64,000 bases of DNA from Acidobacteriota bacterium (GCA_019244185.1 JAFATB010000010.1:57773-121772), one strand, 5' to 3'. Shown: positions 27,582-37,719, counted from the first letter of the stretch. Notes: generated from the sequence alone by a model not told the origin. Translations and numbers: made by a program.

Positions 27582-29615
27582 TTACTTCCGGACCGCGCGG
27601 TGCCTCGGGTGCTCCGGCTCGAAGTCGGTGAGGATCGTCGCGCGGCTGCCGGTGGCGTGTTGGAAGCGCACGCGCAGCAGATCGGCGTAATGCTGCATCG
27701 CGCCGATGTCGTCTTCGCTCGGCGGCTGCGACGGCTCGTAGACGAGCACGAACAGCACGCGGAAGACGTGCGGCGCTTCCGGATACGCGGGCGTGCGCGG
27801 GCCCATGCGCTCGATGACGTTCGCGATCGTCAGATCGTTGCGCGTCGCGCTGAACGTGAAGTCGGGCGGCATCTCGCTCACGTCCATCGGCAGGTCGGTG
27901 AGGTAGAAGAACGGCGGCACTTCGTCGGGGGACGCGAGTCCCATGAGATAGAGCGAGAGCCAGCTGTAGCCGACGTCGGCGTCTTCCGGCTGCGTGGTGA
28001 ACGTGCCGTCGTGGTTGTCGAAGAAGACGCCCGCGCCCATCGGATCGTTGTCGTACGAGGTCGCGTAGTTGAACGCCGCGGGCGAGTTGAGCGTGGGGCT
28101 CGGATGGCCGCCGCGGAGCGTGATCGCGTCCTGCGGTTTGCCGGGAGCGTTCGTGTGTCCCACGTAGAACAGCCAGTGGTGACCGAATTCGTGGAGGAGC
28201 AGAAAGGAGGTGTAGAAGTCGGTGGCGTTCGACGTCTGCAGAATGCGGCCGAGCCCCATCACGGCCGGCGCGCGCGGGAGCTGCGACGACATCGTGGGAT
28301 CGAACGAGATGCCGTCCGCGCCGGGGTTGCCGGGATACGTGGCCGGCGATGCGAAGTCGTTGAGGCTGTCCATGCCCTCGTAGACGGCGACGCCGTCGAT
28401 CGTCGTCGGATCGAGCTGCAGGTCGTCGCGCAGCCGCGTCCAGACTTTCATCGGATCGAGCGGCGAAAGGACGAACGCGTCCTGGATCGGTCCGGAGAAC
28501 GACGACACGCTCGGGGTGTTCGCGAAGTCGGTGCGGATGGAGCGCGAGGGCGCATCGAACGACGCGTGGAACGTCACGGTGTCGTTGCCGGTGTTGCGCG
28601 CGAGGATGAGCGTCAGGTCGCCGGAGAACGCGGTCTCGAAGCGCTTTGCGTCGAGCAGCAGCACGATGTGATTGCCTTCGATGCGTCCATGCAGTGCCTG
28701 TCCCGGCAGGAACGGAATGCTGGCGAGGAATTCGGTCGACGTGAGGCTGCCGGACAGCAAATCGACGGAAAGTCCCTGCGGCATCTGCGCGAGGTCGATC
28801 GCCTGCCGCGTGGTGATGGTCATCTGCAGGACGTTCGAGTGCGCGACGCGGCCGATCTCCACGCGCGTGATGTCGGTCATGCCCGCGGTGGCCTCCGGTG
28901 CGGCGGTGGCGAAGTCGTTCGGAGGGTCCGTGGCGGAAACGCTCGTCGACACCTGCCGCCACGACTCGTTGCCCGACGAGATGACGACGGCGCCGCCGTG
29001 CGTCTGGCCGATGCCGCGATACGAAAAGCGGATGTTGCCGGACTTGAAGAGCACCGCCTGCACGTCGACGCCGCGCGTCGGCTCGTACCAGGTGAACTGC
29101 ACGCGGTCGCTCGATTCCTTCGCGTAGACCTTCGGCGCGAGGAAGCTACCTTCGCCGCGCGGCGTCGTCAGGAGCGGCGCGATCAGCGGCGTCGTCTGCG
29201 CCATGAGGTCCGCGTCGGTGTACTGCACGAACGAGCCGCCGGGCAGCGCGGGCGGCGGCGCGAGGTAGATCGCGAACAGCTGCGAGACGTACAGCGTGTG
29301 CGTGCTCGTGCCGAAGAACGGGAAGTCGAACGCGTGGATGGTGTATGTCGTCGAGCGCGTCGCGGAGCTCAGCGTCAGCTGCGCGCCGCGGTCGTCGTCG
29401 AACTGCAGCGCGGTGGTGTCGGAGCGGAAGGACGAGCTGCCCGTCCGCGTGAACGTGATCGTCTTCCCGGCGAGATTGAACGGCCTGCCGTGGGCGGGCG
29501 CGATGTCGTCGTCCGCGGGCACGAGGTAGATCCCACGTTGCAGGCTCACGGCGGCGGAAGCCGCGGGCGCGGCCAGCACGGCGAGCAGCAGGAGTGCGAC
29601 GCTGAGCGGCTTCAT
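27582..29615 (-). CDS. Secreted zincin-like metalloprotease with C-terminal RHRAVRK tail
   Basis: Signal MKPLSVALLLLAVLAAPAASA; LLHEFGHHW motif; YSWLSLYLMGL. Confidence 0.7.
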   Translation of the reverse strand: MKPLSVALLLLAVLAAPAASAAVSLQRGIYLVPADDDIAPAHGRPFNLAGKTITFTRTGSSSFRSDTTALQFDDDRGAQLTLSSATRSTTYTIHAFDFPFFGTSTHTLYVSQLFAIYLAPPPALPGGSFVQYTDADLMAQTTPLIAPLLTTPRGEGSFLAPKVYAKESSDRVQFTWYEPTRGVDVQAVLFKSGNIRFSYRGIGQTHGGAVVISSGNESWRQVSTSVSATDPPNDFATAAPEATAGMTDITRVEIGRVAHSNVLQMTITTRQAIDLAQMPQGLSVDLLSGSLTSTEFLASIPFLPGQALHGRIEGNHIVLLLDAKRFETAFSGDLTLILARNTGNDTVTFHASFDAPSRSIRTDFANTPSVSSFSGPIQDAFVLSPLDPMKVWTRLRDDLQLDPTTIDGVAVYEGMDSLNDFASPATYPGNPGADGISFDPTMSSQLPRAPAVMGLGRILQTSNATDFYTSFLLLHEFGHHWLFYVGHTNAPGKPQDAITLRGGHPSPTLNSPAAFNYATSYDNDPMGAGVFFDNHDGTFTTQPEDADVGYSWLSLYLMGLASPDEVPPFFYLTDLPMDVSEMPPDFTFSATRNDLTIANVIERMGPRTPAYPEAPHVFRVLFVLVYEPSQPPSEDDIGAMQHYADLLRVRFQHATGSRATILTDFEPEHPRHRAVRK

Positions 29616-29741
29616 GCTGCCGAGTCTCGCGCCGTCCCGCGCCTCCGCGCGCGAACAAATCGTGACAGTGCGGGGCGAGGTGGCAACCGTTCTGCACTCT
29701 CCGCACAGTGATATTGTCCGCGTCGAAACAGGAGGACCCCA

Positions 29742-30026
29742 ATGGACGAGACCAGCAATCCCACTGGAGCCACTGAAGACGGCGGCGGCACGGGGCGTTT
29801 CGGACGGGCGAAGGAATTCGTCGGCTCGCAGTACGAGGCGGCGTCCGGCGCCGTGCGCGACGGTTACAACAACATGCGCGAGCGGGTCGAAGACGTCGAC
29901 TTCGGCGCGGTCACGGATCAGGTGCGCACCTACGTCCGGTCGAATCCCGGCAAGGCGTTGCTGATCTCCGTGGGCGTCGGATTCCTGATCGGGCTTCTGC
30001 TCCGCCGCGACGACGACGAGGAGTAG
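29742..30026 (+). CDS. DUF883/ElaB/YqjD family tail-anchored protein
   Basis: YVRSNPGKALLISVGVGFLIGLLLRR; SD AGGAGG. Confidence 0.85.
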   Translation: MDETSNPTGATEDGGGTGRFGRAKEFVGSQYEAASGAVRDGYNNMRERVEDVDFGAVTDQVRTYVRSNPGKALLISVGVGFLIGLLLRRDDDEE

Positions 30027-30029
30027 CGT

Positions 30030-30329
30030 ATGCCTAACGGTTTTCCCGGCGGCGACGCGCTGCGCGATCAGGCCGCGGCGCTGGGACAGAAGGTCGTCGA
30101 GAACGGCCCGGATGCGATCTTCGACGAGATCGAGAACCTGCTGCCGGAAGAGTGGCGCGAGCACGTGCGGACGTTCCCGCTCGTGGCGGTCACGCTCGGC
30201 GTCGGCATCGGCCTCTGGCTCGGCATGCGGAAGAGCGACGAGGTGCTCGCTGCCGGCACGTCGCTGATCTCCGCGGCGGCGATGGCGAACGTCTCGCAGG
30301 TCATCGATAAGATGAAGGGCGGCGGCTGA
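30030..30329 (+). CDS. Small membrane protein, DUF883-like
   Basis: HVRTFPLVAVTLGVGIGLWLG; starts 3 nt after the previous gene. Confidence 0.65.
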   Translation: MPNGFPGGDALRDQAAALGQKVVENGPDAIFDEIENLLPEEWREHVRTFPLVAVTLGVGIGLWLGMRKSDEVLAAGTSLISAAAMANVSQVIDKMKGGG

Positions 30330-30349
30330 CGCGTGGCATAATCGGCGCG

Positions 30350-30820
30350 ATGCCCGCGAAGGCCGCGCCCCGCATCCCGCTCCCGGTCGCCGAAGCCACG
30401 TACCACCATCTCGAGTCGCTCGCGGCGGACGTGCATCGCACGTATTTTTTCAAGTATCCGCCGCTGCCCGTGCGCTGGGGCCAGCAGATCTCGCGCAAGA
30501 AGCGCCGCAGCATCCGCCTCGGCTCCTACAATCACCTGACGGCCGAGGTGCGCATCCATCCGATCCTGAACACGCCGCAGGTGCCTGCGTTCTTCATCCA
30601 GTCGATCATCTACCACGAGTACCTGCACCACGTCCTCGGCGCGCGCCACAACCGCCGCTTCCACCAGTACGAGCGCGCGTTCCGCTACCACCGCGAGTCG
30701 CAGGAGTGGATCCGCCGCAATCTGTTCCTGCTGCTGGGACGCAAGCGCAGCGAGATGCCGAGCCGCCGTCTCGCACCGGCCGCGCCCGTCGCGCAGCCGG
30801 TGCAGTTCGCACTCTTCTAG
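30350..30820 (+). CDS. SprT/YgjP-like zinc metalloprotease
   Basis: RLGSY...VRIHPILN...IIYHEYLHH...HNRRF; preceded by extended -10 TGGCATAAT. Confidence 0.8.
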   Translation: MPAKAAPRIPLPVAEATYHHLESLAADVHRTYFFKYPPLPVRWGQQISRKKRRSIRLGSYNHLTAEVRIHPILNTPQVPAFFIQSIIYHEYLHHVLGARHNRRFHQYERAFRYHRESQEWIRRNLFLLLGRKRSEMPSRRLAPAAPVAQPVQFALF

Positions 30821-32190
30821 ACGCCCATCGGGAACGTGAGGTTGTAGACGTAGCGTCCGCGCGCGACGGAGAGCACGATCGACGACCGCTCCGCGCCGCG
30901 GATCAGCTCAGCGTTCAACTCCTTTGTCGACGACACTTCCACGCCGTTCACGCCGACGACGACGTCGCCCTGGGCGAGACCGATCTTGTCCGCGCGCGAA
31001 CCGCTCACGACGTCGGAGATCACCGCGGACCGCTGCTCGTCGACGACGCGCAGTCCGGCGATCTCTTCGAGGATGCGCAGTCCGAGACTCGCCGGCGGAT
31101 CGGCGGGCCGCAGCTGCACGGTGCGCGACGAGCCGCCGCGCGCGAGCGTGAGCTCGATCGGCTGACCCGGCGCGAGCGTCGCCGTCGCCGTGGAGAACGC
31201 CTCGCGCGAGTCGACCGCGCGGCCGTTGACGGCCGTGATGACGTCGCCCGCGCGCAAGCCGGCCGACTGCGCCGGCGATCCGGAGAAGACGCGCGCCACG
31301 AGCGCGCCGCGGCCGGTGCTTTGGTTGAGTCGCTTCGCCTCCTCGGGTGTCAGCGTCGCGGTGACGGCGCCGAGCCACGCCGCGTGCACTTCTCCGTACC
31401 GCAGCAAATCCTGAACGACTTTCTTCGCGCGATCCACCGGGATGGCGAACCCGATCCCCTGCGCATTTTGATAAATCGCGACGTTGATCCCGATCACACG
31501 CCCTTCGATGTTGAGCAGCGGACCGCCCGAGTTGCCGGGGTTGATCGAGGCGTCGGTCTGGATGAAATCCGTGAACGTGCGTCCCTGCTCCTGCGACGGC
31601 ACGCTGCGGCCGAGCGCGGAGACGACGCCGGTCGTGACCGAGCCGCTGAGGCCGAACGGATTGCCGACGGCGACGACGGTCTCGCCGATCATCAGATCGC
31701 TGGACGTGCCGACCGGCGCGGGCGTCAGTTTCTTGCTGTCGACGCGCAACACCGCGAGGTCGCTGTCCGGGTCGACGCCGAGGAGCTTCGCCGGGAGCTG
31801 CGTGCCGTCGTTGAGATTGACGGTGATGCGCGACGCGCCTTCGACGACGTGGTTGTTCGTCACGATGATGCCGTCGCTGTTCCAGACGAAGCCCGAACCG
31901 AGCGACTGCGAGGTGTACGCGCGTTCCTGTCCGCTGAAGAAGCCGAACGGGTCGTAGAACGGGTCGGTCGCGCGCCGCCTGATGGTCGCCTCGGTCTGGA
32001 TGTTCACGACCGACGGCAGCACGTTGTGCGCGACGACGACGATCGGCGTGCGCCGCGCCGCGCTCACGTTCGCCGGGATCGGCGCGGCCGGCATCGGGTC
32101 GACGCGCTGCGCCGGCGCGGGCTGCGACTCGCCCGGGCCGCAACTGACGCTGACCAGGAAAAGAAGTGCAATGGTGCGGAGCTTGTCCAT
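30817..32190 (-). CDS. HtrA/DegP-like serine protease with two PDZ domains (probable lipoprotein)
   Basis: TNNHVV, DLAVL, IQTDASINPGNSGGPL; N-terminal VSC lipobox-like sequence. Confidence 0.93.
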   Translation of the reverse strand: MDKLRTIALLFLVSVSCGPGESQPAPAQRVDPMPAAPIPANVSAARRTPIVVVAHNVLPSVVNIQTEATIRRRATDPFYDPFGFFSGQERAYTSQSLGSGFVWNSDGIIVTNNHVVEGASRITVNLNDGTQLPAKLLGVDPDSDLAVLRVDSKKLTPAPVGTSSDLMIGETVVAVGNPFGLSGSVTTGVVSALGRSVPSQEQGRTFTDFIQTDASINPGNSGGPLLNIEGRVIGINVAIYQNAQGIGFAIPVDRAKKVVQDLLRYGEVHAAWLGAVTATLTPEEAKRLNQSTGRGALVARVFSGSPAQSAGLRAGDVITAVNGRAVDSREAFSTATATLAPGQPIELTLARGGSSRTVQLRPADPPASLGLRILEEIAGLRVVDEQRSAVISDVVSGSRADKIGLAQGDVVVGVNGVEVSSTKELNAELIRGAERSSIVLSVARGRYVYNLTFPMGV

Positions 32191-32250
32191 CGAGCGCCGA
32201 TTCTTCTACGTTGCGGCCGGCGCCGCAACCTCGTACTCTCGCGTCGTTCC

Positions 32251-33126
32251 ATGCATCTCAAGCTGATCTACAACCCCGCCGCCGGACGCGGCCGCGCGCG
32301 GCGCCGCGTGCGCGAGGTCGAGGAGTACCTCCGCTCGCGGGGCGCGCGCGTCGACTGCGAGCCGAGCACGGGGCCCGACGATCTCGTGCGCATCGCCGCG
32401 GAGAGCTCGCGCGGCGGCATCTACGATCGCGTGGTCATCTGCGGCGGCGACGGCACGCTCAACCTCGCCATCCGCGAGTTCGATCTCGCGAAGGGCACGC
32501 TCGCGCTGATCCCGAGCGGCTCCGGCGACGACTTCGCGCGCGTGGCCGGCATCCCGCGCGAGGTGCGCGGCGCGTGCGACGTCGCGCTCGGCGACCGCAT
32601 CCGCGAAGTCGACGTCGCGCTGGCGAACGACATCCGCTACCTCGGCGTCGCGGGACTCGGGTTCGATTCGGAAGTGGCCGACTTCGCCAATCGTCACGTG
32701 AAGTTCCTCCGCGGATCGGCGGTCTATCTCTACGCGATCCTCCGCGTGCTGCCGCGCTTCACGCCACGGCGCGTGCGCATGCGCACGGAAAGCGGCACGC
32801 GCGACGAGCGGATCATGTTCGCGGCCGTCGGCAACACGCGCCAGTACGGCGGCGGGATCCGCATCACGCCGGACGCTTCGATCGACGACGGCCTGCTCGA
32901 TCTCTGCCTCGTGCGCGAGACCTCGCGCGTGCAGCTCCTCAAGACGCTGCCCCGCGCCTACACCGGCGCGCACGTGAAGAGTCCGTTCGTCGAGACGGGA
33001 CGCGGACGCGCGTTCTCGTTCGACGCCGAGCGTCCGATGGCGGTGTACGCGGACGGCGAGCCGCTCACGCGCACGCCGGTCTCCTTCGCGCTCGCCGAAC
33101 AGAAACTTCGCATCGCCGTGCCGTAG
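32251..33126 (+). CDS. Diacylglycerol/lipid kinase family (YegS/DAGK)
   Basis: YNPAAG, GGDGTLN, GSGDDFAR, YGGGIRI, ADGE. Confidence 0.92.
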   Translation: MHLKLIYNPAAGRGRARRRVREVEEYLRSRGARVDCEPSTGPDDLVRIAAESSRGGIYDRVVICGGDGTLNLAIREFDLAKGTLALIPSGSGDDFARVAGIPREVRGACDVALGDRIREVDVALANDIRYLGVAGLGFDSEVADFANRHVKFLRGSAVYLYAILRVLPRFTPRRVRMRTESGTRDERIMFAAVGNTRQYGGGIRITPDASIDDGLLDLCLVRETSRVQLLKTLPRAYTGAHVKSPFVETGRGRAFSFDAERPMAVYADGEPLTRTPVSFALAEQKLRIAVP

Positions 33127-33135
33127 AATCGCGGC

Positions 33136-35331
33136 ATGCGTCGCGCGTTTGCAACCGCTCTGCTTTCCACGCTCGCCGTCACGCTCGCTGCCCAAGCCCC
33201 CGCCCCGCCGCCGATCTACGGATTCAATGATCCCGCGAAACAGCGGGCGCTCGAACAGAAGTTCGACGCGGCGATGAATCCCGCCGACCTGCGCGCGTGG
33301 ATGGAGCGGATGACGTCGCATCCGCATCACATCGGCACCGCCAAGGGCAAAGACAACGCCGAGTTCATGGCGTCGCTCTTCCGCTCGTGGGGCTTCGACA
33401 CGGCCATCGAGCGCTTCGACGTGCTGTTCCCGACGCCGAAGACGCGCGTGCTGGAAATGGTCGCGCCGGAGCACTTCACGGCGAAGCTCGCCGAGCCGCC
33501 GCTGCCGGAAGACGCAACCTCGAACCAGACCGCGGAGGCGCTGCCGACGTACAACGCGTACTCGATCGACGGCGACGTCACCGGCGAGCTGGTGTACGTC
33601 AACTACGGCGTGCCGAAAGACTACGAGACGCTGGAGCGCAACGGCGTCGATGTGAAGGGGAAGATCGTCATCGCGCGCTACGGCGCGTCGTGGCGCGGCA
33701 TCAAGCCGAAGGTCGCCGCCGAGCACGGCGCGATCGGCTGCCTGATCTACTCCGATCCGCGCGACGACGGCTATTTCGAAGGCGAGCCGTATCCGCGCGG
33801 CGCGTACCGCAGCGATCAGAGCGCACAGCGCGGCTCGGTGGCGGACATGCCGTACCACCCCGGCGATCCGCGCACGCCCGGCGTCGGCGCGACCGAGAAC
33901 GCCACGCGCCTGCCGATGAATGAAGTCAAGACGTTGACCAAGATCCCGGTGCTGCCGATCTCGTACGGCGACGCGCTGCCGCTCCTGCGCGCGCTCGGCG
34001 GTCCGGTCGCGCCGAACGATTGGCGCGGCGCGCTCCCCATCACCTATCACCTCGGCAGCGGCCCCGCCCGCGTGCACCTGCAGCTCGCGTTCGACTGGAA
34101 CACCGTGCCCGCCTACGACGTCATCGCGCGCCTCAAGGGCACCGATCTCGCCGACCAGTGGGTCATCCGCGGCAACCACCACGACGCGTGGGTGCACGGC
34201 GCGCTCGATCCGGTGAGCGGCATGGTGGGCGTGCTCGAGGAAGCGAAGGGCGTCGGCGCGCTCGCGAAGACCGGCTGGCGTCCGCGCCGCACGATGATCT
34301 ATTGCGCCTGGGACGGCGAGGAGCCGGGTCTCCTCGGCTCGACGGAATGGGTCGAGACGCACGCCGACGAGCTGCGCCAGCACGCCGTCGCCTACATCAA
34401 CTCCGACTCGAACGGCCGCGGCTTCTTCTTCGCCGGCGGCTCGCACTCGCTCGAACGCCTCGTCAATGAGGCCGCGCGCGACGTGGTCGATCCCGAGCGC
34501 AAGGTCTCGATGCTCGAGCGCCGCCGCGCGGCCGACCTCGCGTTCGCGAATTCGGCCGGCGAGCGCAAGGAGCTGCGCGGCCAGGACTCGCTGCGCCTCG
34601 ACGCGCTCGGCTCCGGCTCCGACTTCACGCCGTTCCTGCAGTTCGCCGGCGTGGCCACGCTCGACATCGGCTACGGCGGCGAGTCGGAGTACGGCGTCTA
34701 TCACTCGATCTATGACTCGTTCTCGCACTTCATGCGCTTCGGCGATCCGACGTTCGACTACGGCGTCGCCGAAGCCAAGACCGGCGGACGCATGATGCTG
34801 CGCCTCGCCAACGCCGACTTTTTGCCGTTCGAGACGACGACGTTCGCGACCACGGTCGGACGCTACCTCGACGAGGTGAAGAAGCTCGCCGACTCGATGC
34901 GCGACGAGACCGAGGAGCTGAATCGCGAGCTGCAGGACCGCGCGCAGGAGCTCGCGTCCGATCCGACGAAACCGTTCGTCGCGCCGAAAGCGCAAGCCGC
35001 GGTGCCGCATCTCGAGTTCGCGCCGCTCGACAACGCCGTCGCGCACCTGCAGCGCGCCGCGCGCGACTTCGACAAGCGCGGCGCGACGCCGGGACGCGAC
35101 GCGACGCTCATGCAGCTCGAGCGCGCGCTCACGCGCAGCGAAGGCCTGCCGAACCGCCCGTGGTTCAAACACTACGTCTACGCGCCCGGCTTCTACACCG
35201 GCTACGACGTCAAGACGCTGCCCGCGGTGCGCGAAGCGATCGAGCAGCGCAAATGGGGCGACGTCAACGCGCAGATCCGCGCGACGGCGGAAGTGCTGGA
35301 GAACTACGCGCGGATGCTGGAGAAGACGTAA
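33136..35331 (+). CDS. M28 glutamate carboxypeptidase II-like peptidase (PA domain, TfR dimerisation domain)
   Basis: Signal peptide; GNHHDAW, DGEEPGLLGSTEW, GSGSDF, YHSIYD, RPWFKHYVYAPG. Confidence 0.92.
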   Translation: MRRAFATALLSTLAVTLAAQAPAPPPIYGFNDPAKQRALEQKFDAAMNPADLRAWMERMTSHPHHIGTAKGKDNAEFMASLFRSWGFDTAIERFDVLFPTPKTRVLEMVAPEHFTAKLAEPPLPEDATSNQTAEALPTYNAYSIDGDVTGELVYVNYGVPKDYETLERNGVDVKGKIVIARYGASWRGIKPKVAAEHGAIGCLIYSDPRDDGYFEGEPYPRGAYRSDQSAQRGSVADMPYHPGDPRTPGVGATENATRLPMNEVKTLTKIPVLPISYGDALPLLRALGGPVAPNDWRGALPITYHLGSGPARVHLQLAFDWNTVPAYDVIARLKGTDLADQWVIRGNHHDAWVHGALDPVSGMVGVLEEAKGVGALAKTGWRPRRTMIYCAWDGEEPGLLGSTEWVETHADELRQHAVAYINSDSNGRGFFFAGGSHSLERLVNEAARDVVDPERKVSMLERRRAADLAFANSAGERKELRGQDSLRLDALGSGSDFTPFLQFAGVATLDIGYGGESEYGVYHSIYDSFSHFMRFGDPTFDYGVAEAKTGGRMMLRLANADFLPFETTTFATTVGRYLDEVKKLADSMRDETEELNRELQDRAQELASDPTKPFVAPKAQAAVPHLEFAPLDNAVAHLQRAARDFDKRGATPGRDATLMQLERALTRSEGLPNRPWFKHYVYAPGFYTGYDVKTLPAVREAIEQRKWGDVNAQIRATAEVLENYARMLEKT

Positions 35332-35346
35332 GCCGCGAACGGCTCC

Positions 35347-36759
35347 TCAGTGACGCACGGCGCGGTGTCTGCCGGGGTCGAAGAGGAAGCCGTTCGCGAG
35401 CGTCGCGGATGTGCTGTCGGGATTCAGCACCGTGATGTCGACCGCCCCCGCGTCGTGCGCGGGCGTGGTCGCCGTCAGCGTGGTCGGGGAGACGAACGTC
35501 GTCGGGACCGCTACGTCATCGACCAGCACGACGGCACCCGGTTGGAAGCCGTCGCCGGTGAGGGTGAGAGTCGTGCCGCCGGCCACGCTTCCGGTGTGAG
35601 GCGTGATTGACGCGAGCACGAGAAGTGCGCCCGTCTGGACGTCGATGCTCGCCTCGTCATCGGCGCTGTTCGTATCCACCGTGGTCGCGCTGACGGCGGC
35701 GGTGAGCGTCAGCGTGCCGGTGGACGGGGTGGCGGTCGTGACGGTGACGTAGGGTGCCTGCATGTGCGCCGGAATCGAAGGCCGCGTGCACGTCGCGCCG
35801 CTGCAGTTCCAGCCGATTCCTTCCGCGTGCACGATGGCCGTCGTCGCGCTGAGCGAGAGCGTCACGTTCGACGCGTCGCCCGGACCGGCGTTGGTGACGC
35901 TCACCTGATGATCGACGGTCGCATCCGGCGGGGCGGCGTTCGGACCGAGGATGCCGACGCTGAGTTCTGCGCGCTCGACCGAGTCGTACACGAGCGAGCC
36001 GTTCCAGACCATGCCGTTCGAGAAGAGACTGCCCGTCGTCGTATTCGGTCCGCCTGCAGCCGGCGCGATCGCCATCACCGTGACGGTAGTCGTGACGTTC
36101 GCCGCGACAGGCGCGTGCTGGCAGAGGACGAAGGGATACTCCTGGTGCGTGCAGGTCCAACCGATGCCGGAGGCGCTCACGAACTCCGGCAGACGCTCGA
36201 ACGTGACCTGCAGCTGCAGATTGCCCGACGTCTGCGGGCCGAGGTTGTTCATGGTGTACGTGGCGGTGAACGGTTCTCGGGCGTGCACGGGATTCGGGTC
36301 GACGGTCGGAACCACGGTGAACGTGAACGGCTCGGCGAGCGTGATCGTTTCGGAATCGTGTTGCGGGGCGCCGCCGTCGGTCGACTCGTTGCCGCCGGCG
36401 AGGATGTCGAAGGTGCTGCCGTACGCCGGCGCGGTCACCTGGAAGTTGATGTCGGGATACGCGCCGGTGAGGTTTGCGGTCGTGCCGCAGATGCCGAATT
36501 CGTGTTGCGCGCCGGCGCGCGAACAAGTCCAGTTCGTTCCGCCGAGGCTCGCGAAACCGGCGCCGTCGGTCGCATGCACGCTGATGCTGATGCCCTGGTC
36601 GGGATGGGCGCCGCCGGTGTTGCTGACGTGCACGACGCCGGTGAGGGTACCGCCGTACACGACGCTGTTCTGCGAAGGCGCGATATCGACGGCAAGGTCC
36701 ACCGCCTGCCCGAACAGCGGCAACGCGAACAGCACCACAACCACGAGTCGTTTCATCAT
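35347..36759 (-). CDS. Secreted DUF11 + IPT/TIG domain protein with C-terminal RHRAVRH tail
   Basis: Signal MKRLVVVVLFALPLFG; DUF11-like modules; ITPHTGSVAGGTTLTLTGDGF...PAHDAGAVDITVLNPD. Confidence 0.8.
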   Translation of the reverse strand: MMKRLVVVVLFALPLFGQAVDLAVDIAPSQNSVVYGGTLTGVVHVSNTGGAHPDQGISISVHATDGAGFASLGGTNWTCSRAGAQHEFGICGTTANLTGAYPDINFQVTAPAYGSTFDILAGGNESTDGGAPQHDSETITLAEPFTFTVVPTVDPNPVHAREPFTATYTMNNLGPQTSGNLQLQVTFERLPEFVSASGIGWTCTHQEYPFVLCQHAPVAANVTTTVTVMAIAPAAGGPNTTTGSLFSNGMVWNGSLVYDSVERAELSVGILGPNAAPPDATVDHQVSVTNAGPGDASNVTLSLSATTAIVHAEGIGWNCSGATCTRPSIPAHMQAPYVTVTTATPSTGTLTLTAAVSATTVDTNSADDEASIDVQTGALLVLASITPHTGSVAGGTTLTLTGDGFQPGAVVLVDDVAVPTTFVSPTTLTATTPAHDAGAVDITVLNPDSTSATLANGFLFDPGRHRAVRH

Positions 36760-37655
36760 CGCTCGCTCCGCTCGAGCGCGGAGCGATCCCATCTCCCGAG
36801 ATCGGCCGCCGCCTCGTACGTCGACTGACAGAACTCGAGCAGTTGCAATTCCGGCTCCGCCGCTGTCCGCAGCGTTTCGTACGGCAGGTAGAAGCCGTTG
36901 AGCGTCGGGTGGTAGTACGCGTCGTCCGGTCGCACGCGCGCGTCGCGGTAGCCGGGCGGCTCGGGGAACGCGTAGCTGTAATAGTGCGGCTCCGGCAGGC
37001 GCACGTCGCCCGGCCACCAGCCGACGCTGCTGACTTCGTGCGAGTACGCCTCGCGCTCGATACGATCGGTCATGCCTTCGGTCGGCGCGGCGCGTCCGGA
37101 GAAGCGCGTCACCGCGAGATCGAAGCTGCCCCAGAAGAAATGCACGGGGCTGCACTTGCCGACGAAGCGGCCGCGGAACTCGGTGAGCACGGCGGCGCTG
37201 CGCGAGACGATGCGCCAGAAGCGCTGCACGGAGTCGCGGTCGTACGAGCCGTGCACCTCGTCGCGCTCGAACGGAATCGGCTCGCCGTTGCGCAGCTCGA
37301 CCGGCGTCGTCCAGATCGTCGGATGAATGTCGAGCGCTCCGAGCGCGGCCATCGTGCCGGCGTAAAAATCAGCCACGCTCCGCGGCGCGAGCGCGATCGT
37401 GCGCTCCTCGCCGGCGTTCGTGCGCACGCGCAGCACGTGATCGATGAAGTCGAACTCGCAGTCGAACCAGCGGTCGCCGTACGGAATCGCCGTCGTGGTG
37501 AGGCCGCGCGCGGAGACGTACAGCGGCACGTTCCACCAGTGGTTGACGAGCGGCGTGAGCGAGAGGCGGATTTTGCCGACGATCTGCGTCCAGAGATGCA
37601 GCGTCTCGAGCGTGTCACTCCAGGATGCGAGCGGCAGTGCAGGCCATGGTTCCAC
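36756..37655 (-). CDS. DUF5996 family protein
   Basis: TLHLWTQIVGKIRL, NHWWNV, SPVHFFWGSFDLAVTRFSGR, EAYSHEVSS. Confidence 0.9.
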   Translation of the reverse strand: MEPWPALPLASWSDTLETLHLWTQIVGKIRLSLTPLVNHWWNVPLYVSARGLTTTAIPYGDRWFDCEFDFIDHVLRVRTNAGEERTIALAPRSVADFYAGTMAALGALDIHPTIWTTPVELRNGEPIPFERDEVHGSYDRDSVQRFWRIVSRSAAVLTEFRGRFVGKCSPVHFFWGSFDLAVTRFSGRAAPTEGMTDRIEREAYSHEVSSVGWWPGDVRLPEPHYYSYAFPEPPGYRDARVRPDDAYYHPTLNGFYLPYETLRTAAEPELQLLEFCQSTYEAAADLGRWDRSALERSER

Positions 37656-37719
37656 GCGCAGAGTCTACGCCCGCGGCGCCGGGTCTCCGCATTAGCGTCC
37701 GCGATGCTATCGTGAACGG

